Positions 30,930 through 39,847 of a stretch of DNA of 64,000 nt are shown piece after piece. The notes under the pieces are model-generated. The model did no database searches. It saw only the letters and a list, made by a program, of their open reading frames with translations, and had not been told where the DNA came from. The stretch comes from Candidatus Wolfebacteria bacterium GW2011_GWB1_47_1. GTDB taxonomy: Bacteria > Patescibacteriota > Minisyncoccia > UBA6257 > UBA9933. Made by a program: the position numbers and the translations under genes. Positions within the stretch are counted from its first letter, which is position 1; each line of letters begins with the position of its first letter. The stretch is from assembly GCA_001029635.1 (NCBI GenBank), contig CP011209.1, forward strand, positions 747,969-811,968, in the 5' to 3' direction.

Positions 30930-31703
30930 TTACCATCGCCGTCTGCCGAGATTGGTCGGTAACCGCTTACCGACTTCGATCCCGCGTAATGGCCCCTTGG
31001 CACAATACAAGCACTCGACAAACATATTCGTCAGCGTAATACACTTGATGATTCGTGAACCGATATCAAATACTACTGCGTATTCACTTACCGCGCACAT
31101 CGTTGCATTCACCCAATGCGGATAGGGTGCCTTGCTCCATCCCTCGATCCGTATCAGCGGGTATCTTGCGCCGCCAGGACGCACATGCGTTTCTATCCAG
31201 ATATGGGTCTGATCCAGCTTCCCAGAATCCCTTATCTCAGGCAATGCCGCTATGTACCTGTTCACATCTTCCCGTTTAAGAACCCACCCGTACGGCCCGC
31301 GGGCTCCGTAGTCAGGAATCAACACCTCGTCGCCATAGACAACCGCGTCGGCGACCCCCGTTACGATATGTATCTGCGGTACGGCAAAATAGGTCAATGC
31401 TGCTCGTGCATTCGTTATCTCCTGTGGCTTCGCGAACCAAAGATTATCATGTACTCCTTCATAGGAACGATCCTCCCGCATAAACAGCACAAGGTTCGCC
31501 CCCGAGTACGGAGTCCATATATCCTCTACGACGGCAATGCATTGTTTTTTTATAACCATGCGATACTCGCCGCTTTTAATGCGATCCACCTGTGCATATC
31601 GCTCGGCATCGTCTGGTATTACGTGCCCTGCGTAAAACACATCCCCTCGTGAAAGTGCGATGACTGTTGGATGCCATTGATCATTACTTATGACTCGAAC
31701 CAT
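30930..31703 (-). CDS. hypothetical protein (~258 aa) with C-terminal CxxC...CxxC
   Basis: ORF track (30930..31712, GTG start); the ATG at 31703 has AAGGAGG 8 nt upstream. Confidence 0.5.
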   Translation of the reverse strand: MVRVISNDQWHPTVIALSRGDVFYAGHVIPDDAERYAQVDRIKSGEYRMVIKKQCIAVVEDIWTPYSGANLVLFMREDRSYEGVHDNLWFAKPQEITNARAALTYFAVPQIHIVTGVADAVVYGDEVLIPDYGARGPYGWVLKREDVNRYIAALPEIRDSGKLDQTHIWIETHVRPGGARYPLIRIEGWSKAPYPHWVNATMCAVSEYAVVFDIGSRIIKCITLTNMFVECLYCAKGPLRGIEVGKRLPTNLGRRRW

Positions 31704-31903
31704 CAATACCACCTCCTTTTGTATATTCGCTTTATGAGCTTGTGTATGATTCTTTTTTTAGTATGCATATAATATTCTATTCCGTCAATCTACCCTACTA
31801 TACTTCGTCGGTGCCGTAGAAAGCATAGTGTCACCGACACTCAGGCGCGTTGCACGCTCTCCGTCGACTGACGGATCGCCAGCAACGACACAAAGTCACA
31901 ACG

Positions 31904-31938
31904 CCTAGTTAAAAAAAGGGGGATGCTTTCGCATCCCC
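31904..31938 (-). terminator. intrinsic terminator
   Basis: Minus strand reads ggggatgcgaaagcatcccc followed by ttttttt. Confidence 0.55.
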
Positions 31939-32103
31939 GATAACAGGCCCTTGGTATTCTATTCAATTGTCTGTGGGGGTCGGCCCCACTTTATCGATAC
32001 CGCTTTTTCATCGGCATCTCCTTTTGTCAGGTTGTACTCTTTTTGCAAGCCTCAAAGGTCCTTGCTATAACCCATTTTCCTTAGGCCGTTGCACTACTTA
32101 CCC

Positions 32104-32250
32104 AGAACCGCTTGCAGCGGTTGCAGGATGGCGTTAATCCTCACTCCGATCGTTGGGATGAAGATCAAAACCAGCGTACAAATCACTGCTGTAAGAAGTA
32201 ATCCTTCTACCCTGCGCGCCTTAGCGCGGAGGGACTGAATGCTTTCCATA
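32104..32250 (-). CDS. possible small membrane peptide (~48 aa)
   Basis: Manual translation MESIQSLRAKARRVEGLLLTAVICTLVLIFIPTIGVRINAILQPLQAVLGK with GGAGG just upstream; below the ORF-track size cut-off. Confidence 0.25.
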
Positions 32251-32309
32251 AAACCTCCGTTCACTGTGAAGTTTTAAATTTGCGATTTATGAATATATTA
32301 TATCATAAA

Positions 32310-33071
32310 TCACAGACTTGTCAATATCTTTACACCTGTCTCTGTTATCGCGATTGTATGCTCAAACTGTGCAGACAATCCCTTATCCACCATTGCCCAG
32401 CTTTCATCTTTTAGCTGTTTTACCTGTCCTCTTCCTGTACACAACATCGGCTCAATCGCAAAGACCATGCCGGGTTTTAATAATAATCCCTCCCCTTTGT
32501 TGCCATAATTATAGACATATGGATCTTCATGAAGGCCATACCCAACACCATGGCCGGTCAATCCTTGCACCACACTCACGCCAGAGCGTTTTGCTACATA
32601 CTCCACAGCATAGCCTATATCGCCAATATGGGCACCTGGTCTTATTGCCTTAATAGCCTCTTCCAGGGCCTTGTGGGTCGCTTTTACAAGATTCTGAGCC
32701 TTCTGTGTGCCTTTCCCCGCTATAACCGTAAATGCAGAATCGGAGTACATTCCATCCAGCAAGACACCACAATCCACCTTCAGCACATCACCCACCTTTA
32801 TCGTTCGATCAGTCGGGAATCCATGCACGACAATCTCATTGATCGAGGTACAAATAGATGCCATATACGGGTGCTCCGCACCTCCTGGCTGGTAATTCAA
32901 AAATGCCGGCTCACCTCCCTCATTACGAATATATTCCCGTGCGACATCATCTAAATGTTTCAAGGTTACTCCGATGGCAACTTCCTTTTTTAATACTGCC
33001 ATCGTACGCGCCAAAACAGCCCCACTGCGAGCTATCTTGTCGATCTCTTCCTTTGTGTAAATGCGAACCAT
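32310..33071 (-). CDS. map: methionine aminopeptidase type I
   Basis: Metal ligands D..D..H..E..E in the VDCGVLLDGMYSD, HGVGYGLHE and AIEPM contexts. Confidence 0.9.
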   Translation of the reverse strand: MVRIYTKEEIDKIARSGAVLARTMAVLKKEVAIGVTLKHLDDVAREYIRNEGGEPAFLNYQPGGAEHPYMASICTSINEIVVHGFPTDRTIKVGDVLKVDCGVLLDGMYSDSAFTVIAGKGTQKAQNLVKATHKALEEAIKAIRPGAHIGDIGYAVEYVAKRSGVSVVQGLTGHGVGYGLHEDPYVYNYGNKGEGLLLKPGMVFAIEPMLCTGRGQVKQLKDESWAMVDKGLSAQFEHTIAITETGVKILTSL

Positions 33072-33139
33072 TTTAATTTAGTGTACCCTATATTTTTACG
33101 TAAAAAAAGGAGGCGGAACGAATCCGCCTCCGAGGGGAG

Positions 33140-33481
33140 CTACTTTTCGTAGCGGAGAAAGGTGTACCACTCGCCTAAGGTGCCTTTCTGATACATAACG
33201 ACACGTGATCCGTTCCCCAGCTGCGGTGGGCACCCATTCGCATGGAGCGCGCCCCAGGTTTTCGTCTCTTCGATGTACACTGCGTATCCGATGAGCGGAC
33301 TACCCGATACGATCTGCGCCCCGCCGACCACTTGGCCGACGACTTCCTTAACCTTGACGTCACTAGCGGCTGCCTGCGCTGTGTCTTCTTTGTTTTTTTC
33401 CCCCGCTCCATACCAGGTAAACACAGCGATGAGCGCGGCAAGGCATATCAGCACAAACATGCCTGATTTCTGATTTCCCAT
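33140..33481 (-). CDS. small secreted or membrane-anchored hypothetical protein (113 aa)
   Basis: N-terminal hydrophobic segment; ORF track. Confidence 0.5.
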   Translation of the reverse strand: MGNQKSGMFVLICLAALIAVFTWYGAGEKNKEDTAQAAASDVKVKEVVGQVVGGAQIVSGSPLIGYAVYIEETKTWGALHANGCPPQLGNGSRVVMYQKGTLGEWYTFLRYEK

Positions 33482-33564
33482 ACTTCAAGCCCTCCCTTTT
33501 CTAGTTGTTGAATTTCTGAATATACTATGCTTCAGCTTTTCTTTTTTGTCAAATTCTTTGTGGG

Positions 33565-33597
33565 TCCTGGATTCCGGCTCGGAGGCCGGAATAACAC
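33565..33597. repeat. dual-hairpin intergenic motif, copy 3 (partial)
   Basis: tggattccggctcggaggccggaataacac matches the copies at 20161 and 22051. Confidence 0.4.
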
Positions 33598-33923
33598 GCT
33601 ATGAATGTCTGTATTTTGTCTGCGAACATATTAGAACGGCATTTTTGCATCTGATGCAAGCCGTAAAAATAGAGATCAGCGAAGCGAAGAAAACTTCAAC
33701 AGAAATAGCCCTTCGGGGTCCCGCGGAGCTGAGTGGGCGAAGGGTTATTTCGTAAGAAGTTTTTGAACTAAGCCTCTATTTTTATTTCGCTTGCAGATTT
33801 TTTGGTACTTTTTCCAGAAAAAGTACAGGAAATAGTTACATTAAGCCAAAACCCTCGCAAATGCGAAGGTTTAAAATTCAGAATACAACCTGGATCCCGT
33901 GTCATAGTACGGAATGACACAAC

Positions 33924-34619
33924 TCACCGAAAGTATTCCCCTATCACTTCGTGTATCTTGTACGGCGCTGGCGTACCGTCCAATTTGACCACGTTATAGC
34001 CCCGCTTGATCGATTCTGCGATCACCGGTTCGGTGCGATTATGATATTCCTTTAAGCGTTGCTTGATAACTGTTGTCGTATCATCAACGCGATGTTCTAC
34101 CTTGCCTCCGCAAAAGGGACAGGTGGACGACTTATGTTTCACGTCCAGGAGCGGCGTGCGACACACCGAACAAATCGTTCTATGCGTATTGCGCTTTACC
34201 GTCGTTTCGTCCGGAATCTGCAAGAAGAAGATGTGTACGTTCTTTTTGCCATACTTCTTTGCCAGGAAATCGAGCAATCCGATGTGCTCTTCATCACCGA
34301 ATGCTTCGTATACGTTGCGTGGCGAACCACTAAACACGACTGACTGTCCAAGCTTTGCAAGCTCCGTCACTTGCTTGATAATCACACCCAAAACCCATGA
34401 TGGCGTGTTTAGCTTGCCCGATTCGTTCAGCTTGCGCTCCCGCTGGATCGCTTTATCGTTCTTGAATTTAGGGTTATTGAGCAACTTTCTCAAATATGCG
34501 CCCGTGTCGAAATGAAATAAATGTAATGTGTCTGCCAACAGCTGCGCTTGCGTACCCTTGCCCGATCCTGGCGGGCCATAGAACACGACTGCGATATTTT
34601 CAATGTTTGTTTTAGCCAT
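33924..34619 (-). CDS. adk: adenylate kinase (zinc-lid type)
   Basis: P-loop GPPGSGKGTQ; lid CSVCRTPL...CPFCGG; start taken at MAKTNIEN. Confidence 0.85.
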   Translation of the reverse strand: MAKTNIENIAVVFYGPPGSGKGTQAQLLADTLHLFHFDTGAYLRKLLNNPKFKNDKAIQRERKLNESGKLNTPSWVLGVIIKQVTELAKLGQSVVFSGSPRNVYEAFGDEEHIGLLDFLAKKYGKKNVHIFFLQIPDETTVKRNTHRTICSVCRTPLLDVKHKSSTCPFCGGKVEHRVDDTTTVIKQRLKEYHNRTEPVIAESIKRGYNVVKLDGTPAPYKIHEVIGEYFR

Positions 34620-34700
34620 GTATTTAGTATACCAAGTATTTTGGCAGTATGACAAAAAAAGGAGGCACGTCCACGTGCCTCCAAAGCTTTCTTTGAGGAT

Positions 34701-35156
34701 CTAGGGGGTTCCCAATTTCTTCCTCCTCGCCACTATGCGATTGCTTCTTTCCCAGTCTTCGGCCGACGGGATCTCTTCGCCGTACCCCATCCGATTGGCT
34801 GTAAGCGGAAAGTCCCGCATCATCGCAGCTACAAAGCTCTCCGGAGAAAGCTCCTCGAGCGCGAACTGCCGCTCAACCCGCTTACGGGCAGCTTCCAGGC
34901 CTTCGTCCGGCCACAGCCGCCCGTGCATGGACGAGATCAATACGCACGGCACCGCACCCTCTGCCAGCTTGAGGCGGTAGATCGAGGCCGGCCGCCCCTT
35001 CGTATCCTTTATCACGGGACTGTTCCCGGTTACCTCCACCACACCCCGGATCGACTTGCCGGAGAACGAATACAGCTCCCCATCCTTGCAGATCCACAGC
35101 GTGGAATTTCTTCCTGCGGTCTGCGCTGCACTGTTATATACAAACGCTTCTCTCAT
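34701..35156 (-). CDS. GC-rich hypothetical protein (151 aa)
   Basis: GGAGG SD 5 nt upstream; ~58% GC versus ~45% in the flanks; no homology recognised. Confidence 0.5.
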   Translation of the reverse strand: MREAFVYNSAAQTAGRNSTLWICKDGELYSFSGKSIRGVVEVTGNSPVIKDTKGRPASIYRLKLAEGAVPCVLISSMHGRLWPDEGLEAARKRVERQFALEELSPESFVAAMMRDFPLTANRMGYGEEIPSAEDWERSNRIVARRKKLGTP

Positions 35157-35368
35157 TGCTCCTCCCTTGAAACTCTGGTTTGAAAATCAACTGCTGGATA
35201 AATTATGTACCTAATCCATATTTTTGTCAATATGTTCTATTGACAATTTTGAATAATAAGTGCATGGTTTTATCGTACTTTAGCACTCCGCTCCGGCGGC
35301 CATATGGGTGGCGACCAACGCTAGCACGCCCGAATGCTAAATTTGGGACGAAAGAGGAGGGATAGCAA

Positions 35369-35911
35369 ATGGGAATCATGGCAAAGAATGGGTATGTATT
35401 GGTGCGCCTTGATGAGGCAAATGATGTATGGGAATCCATTCGACAAGCAACTAGAGAAACGACACGAATATCTCGGGAAAAAGTGTTTCGGATCGCCTCG
35501 CGTTTCGAAAACCTTATATTTGAACTCACCCCCGAGGAAGAAGCCGACCTCCTTGCATGGGGGTCTCAGACCATCAAACAAAGAGTCGAGGATAGATTCG
35601 TTACGAGCGGCTTCACGTGGGCCGAGATGGAACGCTGGGTCGCAAACTGCTATCTCATGCGCATCAACCCCCTCCCCACTCTTCGTCGGCTATGTGAACC
35701 CTTTGCACTTCCCGTCTACTACCGCAAGGATACGGAACTGTTTTTCGACCCGCTTTGCGGGCTCCTCTGCGTCGAAACCAAAGATTACACAAACCAGAAT
35801 TCGGTACGATTAACCGTCTTTGGAACCTTCGAGGATCTAAGGAAGGAGCTCGCCGAAATCGCGCGCGTCGATGAAGTCTTTATGAGTATTCGGGAGCATA
35901 ACGACAACTAG
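35369..35911 (+). CDS. hypothetical protein (180 aa)
   Basis: AGGAGG 8 nt upstream; followed by an intrinsic terminator. Confidence 0.55.
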   Translation: MGIMAKNGYVLVRLDEANDVWESIRQATRETTRISREKVFRIASRFENLIFELTPEEEADLLAWGSQTIKQRVEDRFVTSGFTWAEMERWVANCYLMRINPLPTLRRLCEPFALPVYYRKDTELFFDPLCGLLCVETKDYTNQNSVRLTVFGTFEDLRKELAEIARVDEVFMSIREHNDN

Positions 35912-35923
35912 TAGAGCCTCCCT

Positions 35924-35948
35924 GGCCCCGCATTGCGGGGCCTTTTTT
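35924..35948 (+). terminator. intrinsic terminator ggccccgcattgcggggcc + tttttt
   Basis: Hairpin followed by a T-run directly after the stop of 35369..35911. Confidence 0.55.
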
Positions 35949-36062
35949 AACTGCAGATTCCTCGACTTCATAGAGTACCGCGGAGTTTACCCTGAGCTTG
36001 TCGAATGGGCTCGGAATGACCCCGTAAAGTCCGCCCCGGGCGGACCACGAGGCAAGCACTGC

Positions 36063-36092
36063 AAAAAAGCCTCGCGTGAGCGAGGCTTTTTC
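36063..36092. terminator. bidirectional terminator aaaaaagcctcgcgtgagcgaggctttttt downstream of secY
   Basis: Perfect hairpin flanked by an A-run and a T-run. Confidence 0.5.
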
Positions 36093-36124
36093 TAATTCCA
36101 TTTTTCGTTTTTCTTTTCCGATCT

Positions 36125-37387
36125 TCACTCATATTCTCGAATGATCAATTGGGAGTTGATCTGTCGGATCGTTTCAAGTGCAACGGATACCACAATCAAG
36201 ATCGCGGTTCCTCCGATGGTCAACACGGCAATGCCGGTGAACATGCGGACGATATTCGGCAGAATCGCGATCAATCCAAGGAAGATTGCCCCCCACAAGG
36301 TGATGCGACTGATGACCTTGGTTAGGAAGGTCGTTGTCGACTCTCCTGGGCGGATGCCTGCGATGAATCCTCCCGCACGCTGGAGATTCTTTGAAATCTC
36401 ACTCGGATCGAATGTCACTGCCGTATAGAAATACGTGAAGATAACGACGAGCAGGAAGTATGCCGCGCTATACAAATACTGATTGTTCATAAACTGACTC
36501 ACAAAATCGGTCAGCTTCAATGAAAGGCTCTTTGAAAAGATCGCACTGATCTGCGCAACAAATTGCGGGAACAGGAGCAATGATATCGCAAAGATGATCG
36601 GTATAACGCCTGCTTGGTTTACCTTGATTGGTAAATAGCTTGAAACGCCACCATACATCTTGGTACCACGCACCTGCTTCGCGTACGAAACCGGAATCTT
36701 GCGCTCGCCTTCGTTGATATATACAACGCCCGCGATAACCGCAATCGCCACGATTACAAATCCAATATAGGTCGGGAGATCACTCGGATTGTATGTCTGC
36801 AAAATGTTTATGATCGTCTGCGGAAGACCGCTCACAATACCCGCAAAGATGATCAACGAAATACCATTACCAATCTTCTGCTCTGAAATCAATTCACCAA
36901 TCCACATAACCAGCATCGATCCGGCCATAATCACGAGTACATTCTTGATCAAATCCATCAGACCAAGACTTCCGACAACTCCCTGCGACGCAAGCAAGTT
37001 AAGAAATCCGTATGCCTGCAACCCTGCCAACGGCACGGTGAGATAGCGAGAGTAACGATTGAACTTTGCCCGTCCTGCAGCTCCTTCCTCGTAATACATC
37101 TCCTTCATCTTCGGGAAGATCATGGTCATCAACTGCATGATGATTGTCGCCGTAATGTACGGCCCGACACCCAACATAATAATGGATAAATTGCTTAGCG
37201 TTCCTCCGGCCATAATACCGACAAAACTAAACAACTGATTCGAACCGAAGAATTCTTCGAGCCTCATCTTATCAACTCCCGGAATTGGGATTGCCGAAAG
37301 GATCCGGAAACACACCAACAGGAATCCAACGGTCAAGACCTTCATCCGCAAATCCCTCAACTTGAAAATTTTCAGATATTTTTCCAT
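36125..37387 (-). CDS. secY: preprotein translocase subunit SecY
   Basis: 10 TM helices in the SecY pattern; 420 aa. Confidence 0.9.
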   Translation of the reverse strand: MEKYLKIFKLRDLRMKVLTVGFLLVCFRILSAIPIPGVDKMRLEEFFGSNQLFSFVGIMAGGTLSNLSIIMLGVGPYITATIIMQLMTMIFPKMKEMYYEEGAAGRAKFNRYSRYLTVPLAGLQAYGFLNLLASQGVVGSLGLMDLIKNVLVIMAGSMLVMWIGELISEQKIGNGISLIIFAGIVSGLPQTIINILQTYNPSDLPTYIGFVIVAIAVIAGVVYINEGERKIPVSYAKQVRGTKMYGGVSSYLPIKVNQAGVIPIIFAISLLLFPQFVAQISAIFSKSLSLKLTDFVSQFMNNQYLYSAAYFLLVVIFTYFYTAVTFDPSEISKNLQRAGGFIAGIRPGESTTTFLTKVISRITLWGAIFLGLIAILPNIVRMFTGIAVLTIGGTAILIVVSVALETIRQINSQLIIREYE

Positions 37388-37433
37388 GAATTAGTACTGC
37401 CCTTCTATAGGAAAGGGCTCTATTAGTGGAATT

Positions 37434-37462
37434 AGTATAGGGCAAAAATCGAGTCTATGCAA
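37434..37462 (-). promoter_or_regulatory. candidate sigma70 promoter for secY (TTGCAT-17-TATACT)
   Basis: Read on the minus strand; secY is separated from rplO by a terminator and a foreign gene. Confidence 0.4.
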
Positions 37463-37522
37463 GAGATTTTTACGAAAAACCTACTATTCTCCAGACCAAG
37501 AGAGGCTCCCTTTTAAAATGCC

Positions 37523-37551
37523 TTGACATTATTATATATATGTGCTAATAT
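37523..37551 (+). promoter_or_regulatory. near-consensus sigma70 promoter TTGACA-17-TAATAT
   Basis: Direct read; ~70 nt upstream of the 37624 ATG. Confidence 0.5.
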
Positions 37552-37623
37552 ATTTATGTTCACCATAGCTCTTTAACCGAGTGATAGAAATATCGCTCAC
37601 AACCACACCCCAGGAGGTGTAGC

Positions 37624-38247
37624 ATGGCAGCTCCCAAAGGGAGAAAGTTCTCGGTAATAGCGTTGCAGTTCAGATTCCCCACCCTCGACAGCGTCCCTCC
37701 TTTCACGAGGCAGATAGCGCGTCGCCCGACCAAGACATCCAATCCGGCGACGCTTACCGGAGAACAGATCGTCGGCGCAACGGAAGGCACGTCCATCCTT
37801 GCACTCCTCGACGATCTCAAGGCGAAGGGGTACGACCTGGTTAATGCATGCTGCGAGGAGCGGCGCAACGTCAAAGGCCCCGGCTCGCATTACATCGCCC
37901 GGTACACCTTTGCAACCGCCGAGAGCGGGTTGTCGATCACCGAACGCTTCGAGTATCGCAAGGCAACGTTCCTCCGGGAGCTCGCCTTCATCGGCGAGTC
38001 GGCCCTGTGGAAGAACCGGACGTTCTCCAACCCCTTCATTAGGGACGGGAAACCGGTCACCGGTTTCCGTGCGGCGAGTCTGGTCTTCGACACCCGCCAA
38101 CCCTTCTACCAGGGTGACGGCCAGCCGGTCACGGTCTGGCTCAAGGACGAGGCAGGCGAGCGCATCGGCGATGCGCCCATTCCCCTGGCCCCCTCCCACC
38201 ACCTCCGCTACCTGAAGACCAAGGGCTTCAGGGTCGTGAGCGCCTAG
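37624..38247 (+). CDS. GC-rich orphan protein (207 aa) inserted between secY and rplO
   Basis: AGGAGG 6 nt before the ATG; ~62% GC; own promoter and terminator; opposite strand to the surrounding operon. Confidence 0.6.
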   Translation: MAAPKGRKFSVIALQFRFPTLDSVPPFTRQIARRPTKTSNPATLTGEQIVGATEGTSILALLDDLKAKGYDLVNACCEERRNVKGPGSHYIARYTFATAESGLSITERFEYRKATFLRELAFIGESALWKNRTFSNPFIRDGKPVTGFRAASLVFDTRQPFYQGDGQPVTVWLKDEAGERIGDAPIPLAPSHHLRYLKTKGFRVVSA

Positions 38248-38270
38248 TCAAATAAGGCGTAATCTCAACC

Positions 38271-38298
38271 AGCCGGCACTTCGTGTGCCGGCTTTTTC
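38271..38298 (+). terminator. intrinsic terminator agccggcacttcgtgtgccggct + ttttt
   Basis: Directly after the stop of 37624..38247. Confidence 0.6.
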
Positions 38299-38312
38299 GT
38301 ATCTTCGTGATA

Positions 38313-38336
38313 ACAAAAAAGGAGCATATGCTCCTT
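38313..38336 (-). terminator. bidirectional terminator aaaaaaggagcatatgctcctttttt after rplO
   Basis: Perfect palindromic hairpin flanked by an A-run and a T-run. Confidence 0.55.
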
Positions 38337-38341
38337 TTTTG

Positions 38342-38815
38342 TTATTTTTGCTTTTTTGCCACTACCGGTTTTTTCACCACCGGCGGCTTTACGGTCGGCG
38401 CTTCCACCGATCCGCCTTTTACCTCGATCTTTTCTTTTGCTGACTTAGATACTTCCAATCCCTTGACGGTAAACTTCTTGGTTACGTCTCCGTTGCCAAG
38501 AATCTTAATGTCCGTGTCGGACTTGCGTATCACACCTGCCGCGACCAATGTTTCCAAGGTCACTAGCGTGTCAGTCATTTTTGCGTCGATGACGTTGAGG
38601 TTAATACCCATCGCCTTCCCGAAGAGCGGCTTGTTCTTGAAACCGCGCAATTTCGGAATACGGATAAGCATTTCATGCAAGGCCGGGTTCATCTTATGGC
38701 CTGCGCGCGATTTCTGACCCTTGTGTCCGGTGCCGGAATTATCTCCTCGCTTACCGCCACGGCCTACTCGCTTTTTGGTTTTTCCCGGATGAAGGGGTTT
38801 GATTTCGTGCAACAT
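38342..38815 (-). CDS. rplO: 50S ribosomal protein L15
   Basis: GRGxxSGxGKTxGRGxKGQK motif. Confidence 0.9.
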   Translation of the reverse strand: MLHEIKPLHPGKTKKRVGRGGKRGDNSGTGHKGQKSRAGHKMNPALHEMLIRIPKLRGFKNKPLFGKAMGINLNVIDAKMTDTLVTLETLVAAGVIRKSDTDIKILGNGDVTKKFTVKGLEVSKSAKEKIEVKGGSVEAPTVKPPVVKKPVVAKKQK

Positions 38816-38834
38816 ATCTTTATATCAAAAGTCT

Positions 38835-39437
38835 TTATGCTTCTTCCTGAACTTCCGGCTTTTCTGCAACAGCTTCGGCCTTTTTGACTCCTCCCTTTAC
38901 GACTACCTTGAGCTTCTTCAAAGCCTCAATTGCGGCCATTCCGTTCGTGAGCTTGTTTTTTGTCGTCCCCAAGGTTTTTGAGGTGGCATCTTTTACTCCT
39001 GCCATCAACAAAACGTCTCGAACAGAACCTCCCGCCTTTAAACCATGACCAAGCTTCGCCGGTTTGATGACGACCTGTGCGGCGCTGTACTTTGCCAACA
39101 CTTCGTGCGGAATGCTTCGGCCCTTGAGCGGAATCGTTATAAGATTCTTCTTTGCCTTGAGCTTGCCCTTGTCCACTGCCTGCGCGACATCGAGACCCTT
39201 TCCGACTCCGATTCCTACCTGTCCCTTCTCGTTTCCGATAACGACAGTCGCGCGGAAGCTCATACGCTTACCTCCCGCGACAACGCGCGTAACGCGGCGC
39301 AGATCGAGGATCTTGTCCTTATATTCCGACTTTACGACCGGGCGTCCGTCATTGCGATCTCGGCGCGGCGCGCCATGACCGCCAAAGCTCTTGCGTTCTG
39401 TCGGCTGGGTTGTTGTTTTCTGTTGCGTAGTATTCAT
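38835..39437 (-). CDS. rpsE: 30S ribosomal protein S5 (N-terminally extended)
   Basis: RVTRVVAGGKRMSFRATVVIGN...IGVGKGLDVAQA. Confidence 0.9.
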   Translation of the reverse strand: MNTTQQKTTTQPTERKSFGGHGAPRRDRNDGRPVVKSEYKDKILDLRRVTRVVAGGKRMSFRATVVIGNEKGQVGIGVGKGLDVAQAVDKGKLKAKKNLITIPLKGRSIPHEVLAKYSAAQVVIKPAKLGHGLKAGGSVRDVLLMAGVKDATSKTLGTTKNKLTNGMAAIEALKKLKVVVKGGVKKAEAVAEKPEVQEEA

Positions 39438-39442
39438 ACTTC

Positions 39443-39826
39443 TTAGATTTGGAGGCCGCCCTTACGAGCACCTTCTGCTACTGCCTTTACTCGACCATGG
39501 TAGTTATATCCTCCGCGGTCGAATACCGCAGCGTTGATCTTGATCTCCTTTGCCTTCTTGGCGATCATCTCTCCCAATGCCTCAGCCTTAGTGATCTTTC
39601 CTTCTTTATTCTTTCCGCCCGAGGCGGATCCGCCTTTGGCGGACATATCCCGGGTCGATGCACTTGCCAATGTCTTGCCAGTCATATCATCGATCAGCTG
39701 GACTGATGTGAACTGATTAGTTCGCAATACGGAAAGTCGGGGTCGCTCCATTGTCCCAAACAGCTTTGCGCGGGTTCGAATTCGTCGGCGTTCCTTTATT
39801 TGATTGAGTTGTTGTGTTTTGTTCAT
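39443..39826 (-). CDS. rplR: 50S ribosomal protein L18
   Basis: C-terminal FDRGGYNYHGRVKAVAEGAR. Confidence 0.9.
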   Translation of the reverse strand: MNKTQQLNQIKERRRIRTRAKLFGTMERPRLSVLRTNQFTSVQLIDDMTGKTLASASTRDMSAKGGSASGGKNKEGKITKAEALGEMIAKKAKEIKINAAVFDRGGYNYHGRVKAVAEGARKGGLQI

Positions 39827-39847
39827 ATGCGTTTTTTCAACAATTCA

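Noticed and set aside
31740-32100. Possible ncRNA (tmRNA, RNase P, SRP or 6S) in the ~350-bp ORF-free stretch
   Set aside because: None of the conserved motifs of those RNAs could be found by eye. It is left as a UTR/terminator region. Only an Infernal/Rfam scan could settle this.
33482-33923. ~440-bp ORF-poor region upstream of 33140..33481, considered as an ncRNA gene
   Set aside because: It contains the dual-hairpin motif copy and a gtactttttccagaaaaagtac palindrome, but I recognise no known RNA family.
35880-36128. 82-aa minus-strand ORF between 35369..35911 and secY
   Set aside because: It spans two terminator hairpins and shows no SD or composition support.
37597-38215. Overlapping ORFs 37597..38202(-), 37799..38215(+), 37848..38042(+) and 37890..38093(-) inside the GC-rich insert
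   Set aside because: These are shadow frames produced by high GC. Only 37624..38247(+) has a promoter, SD and terminator.
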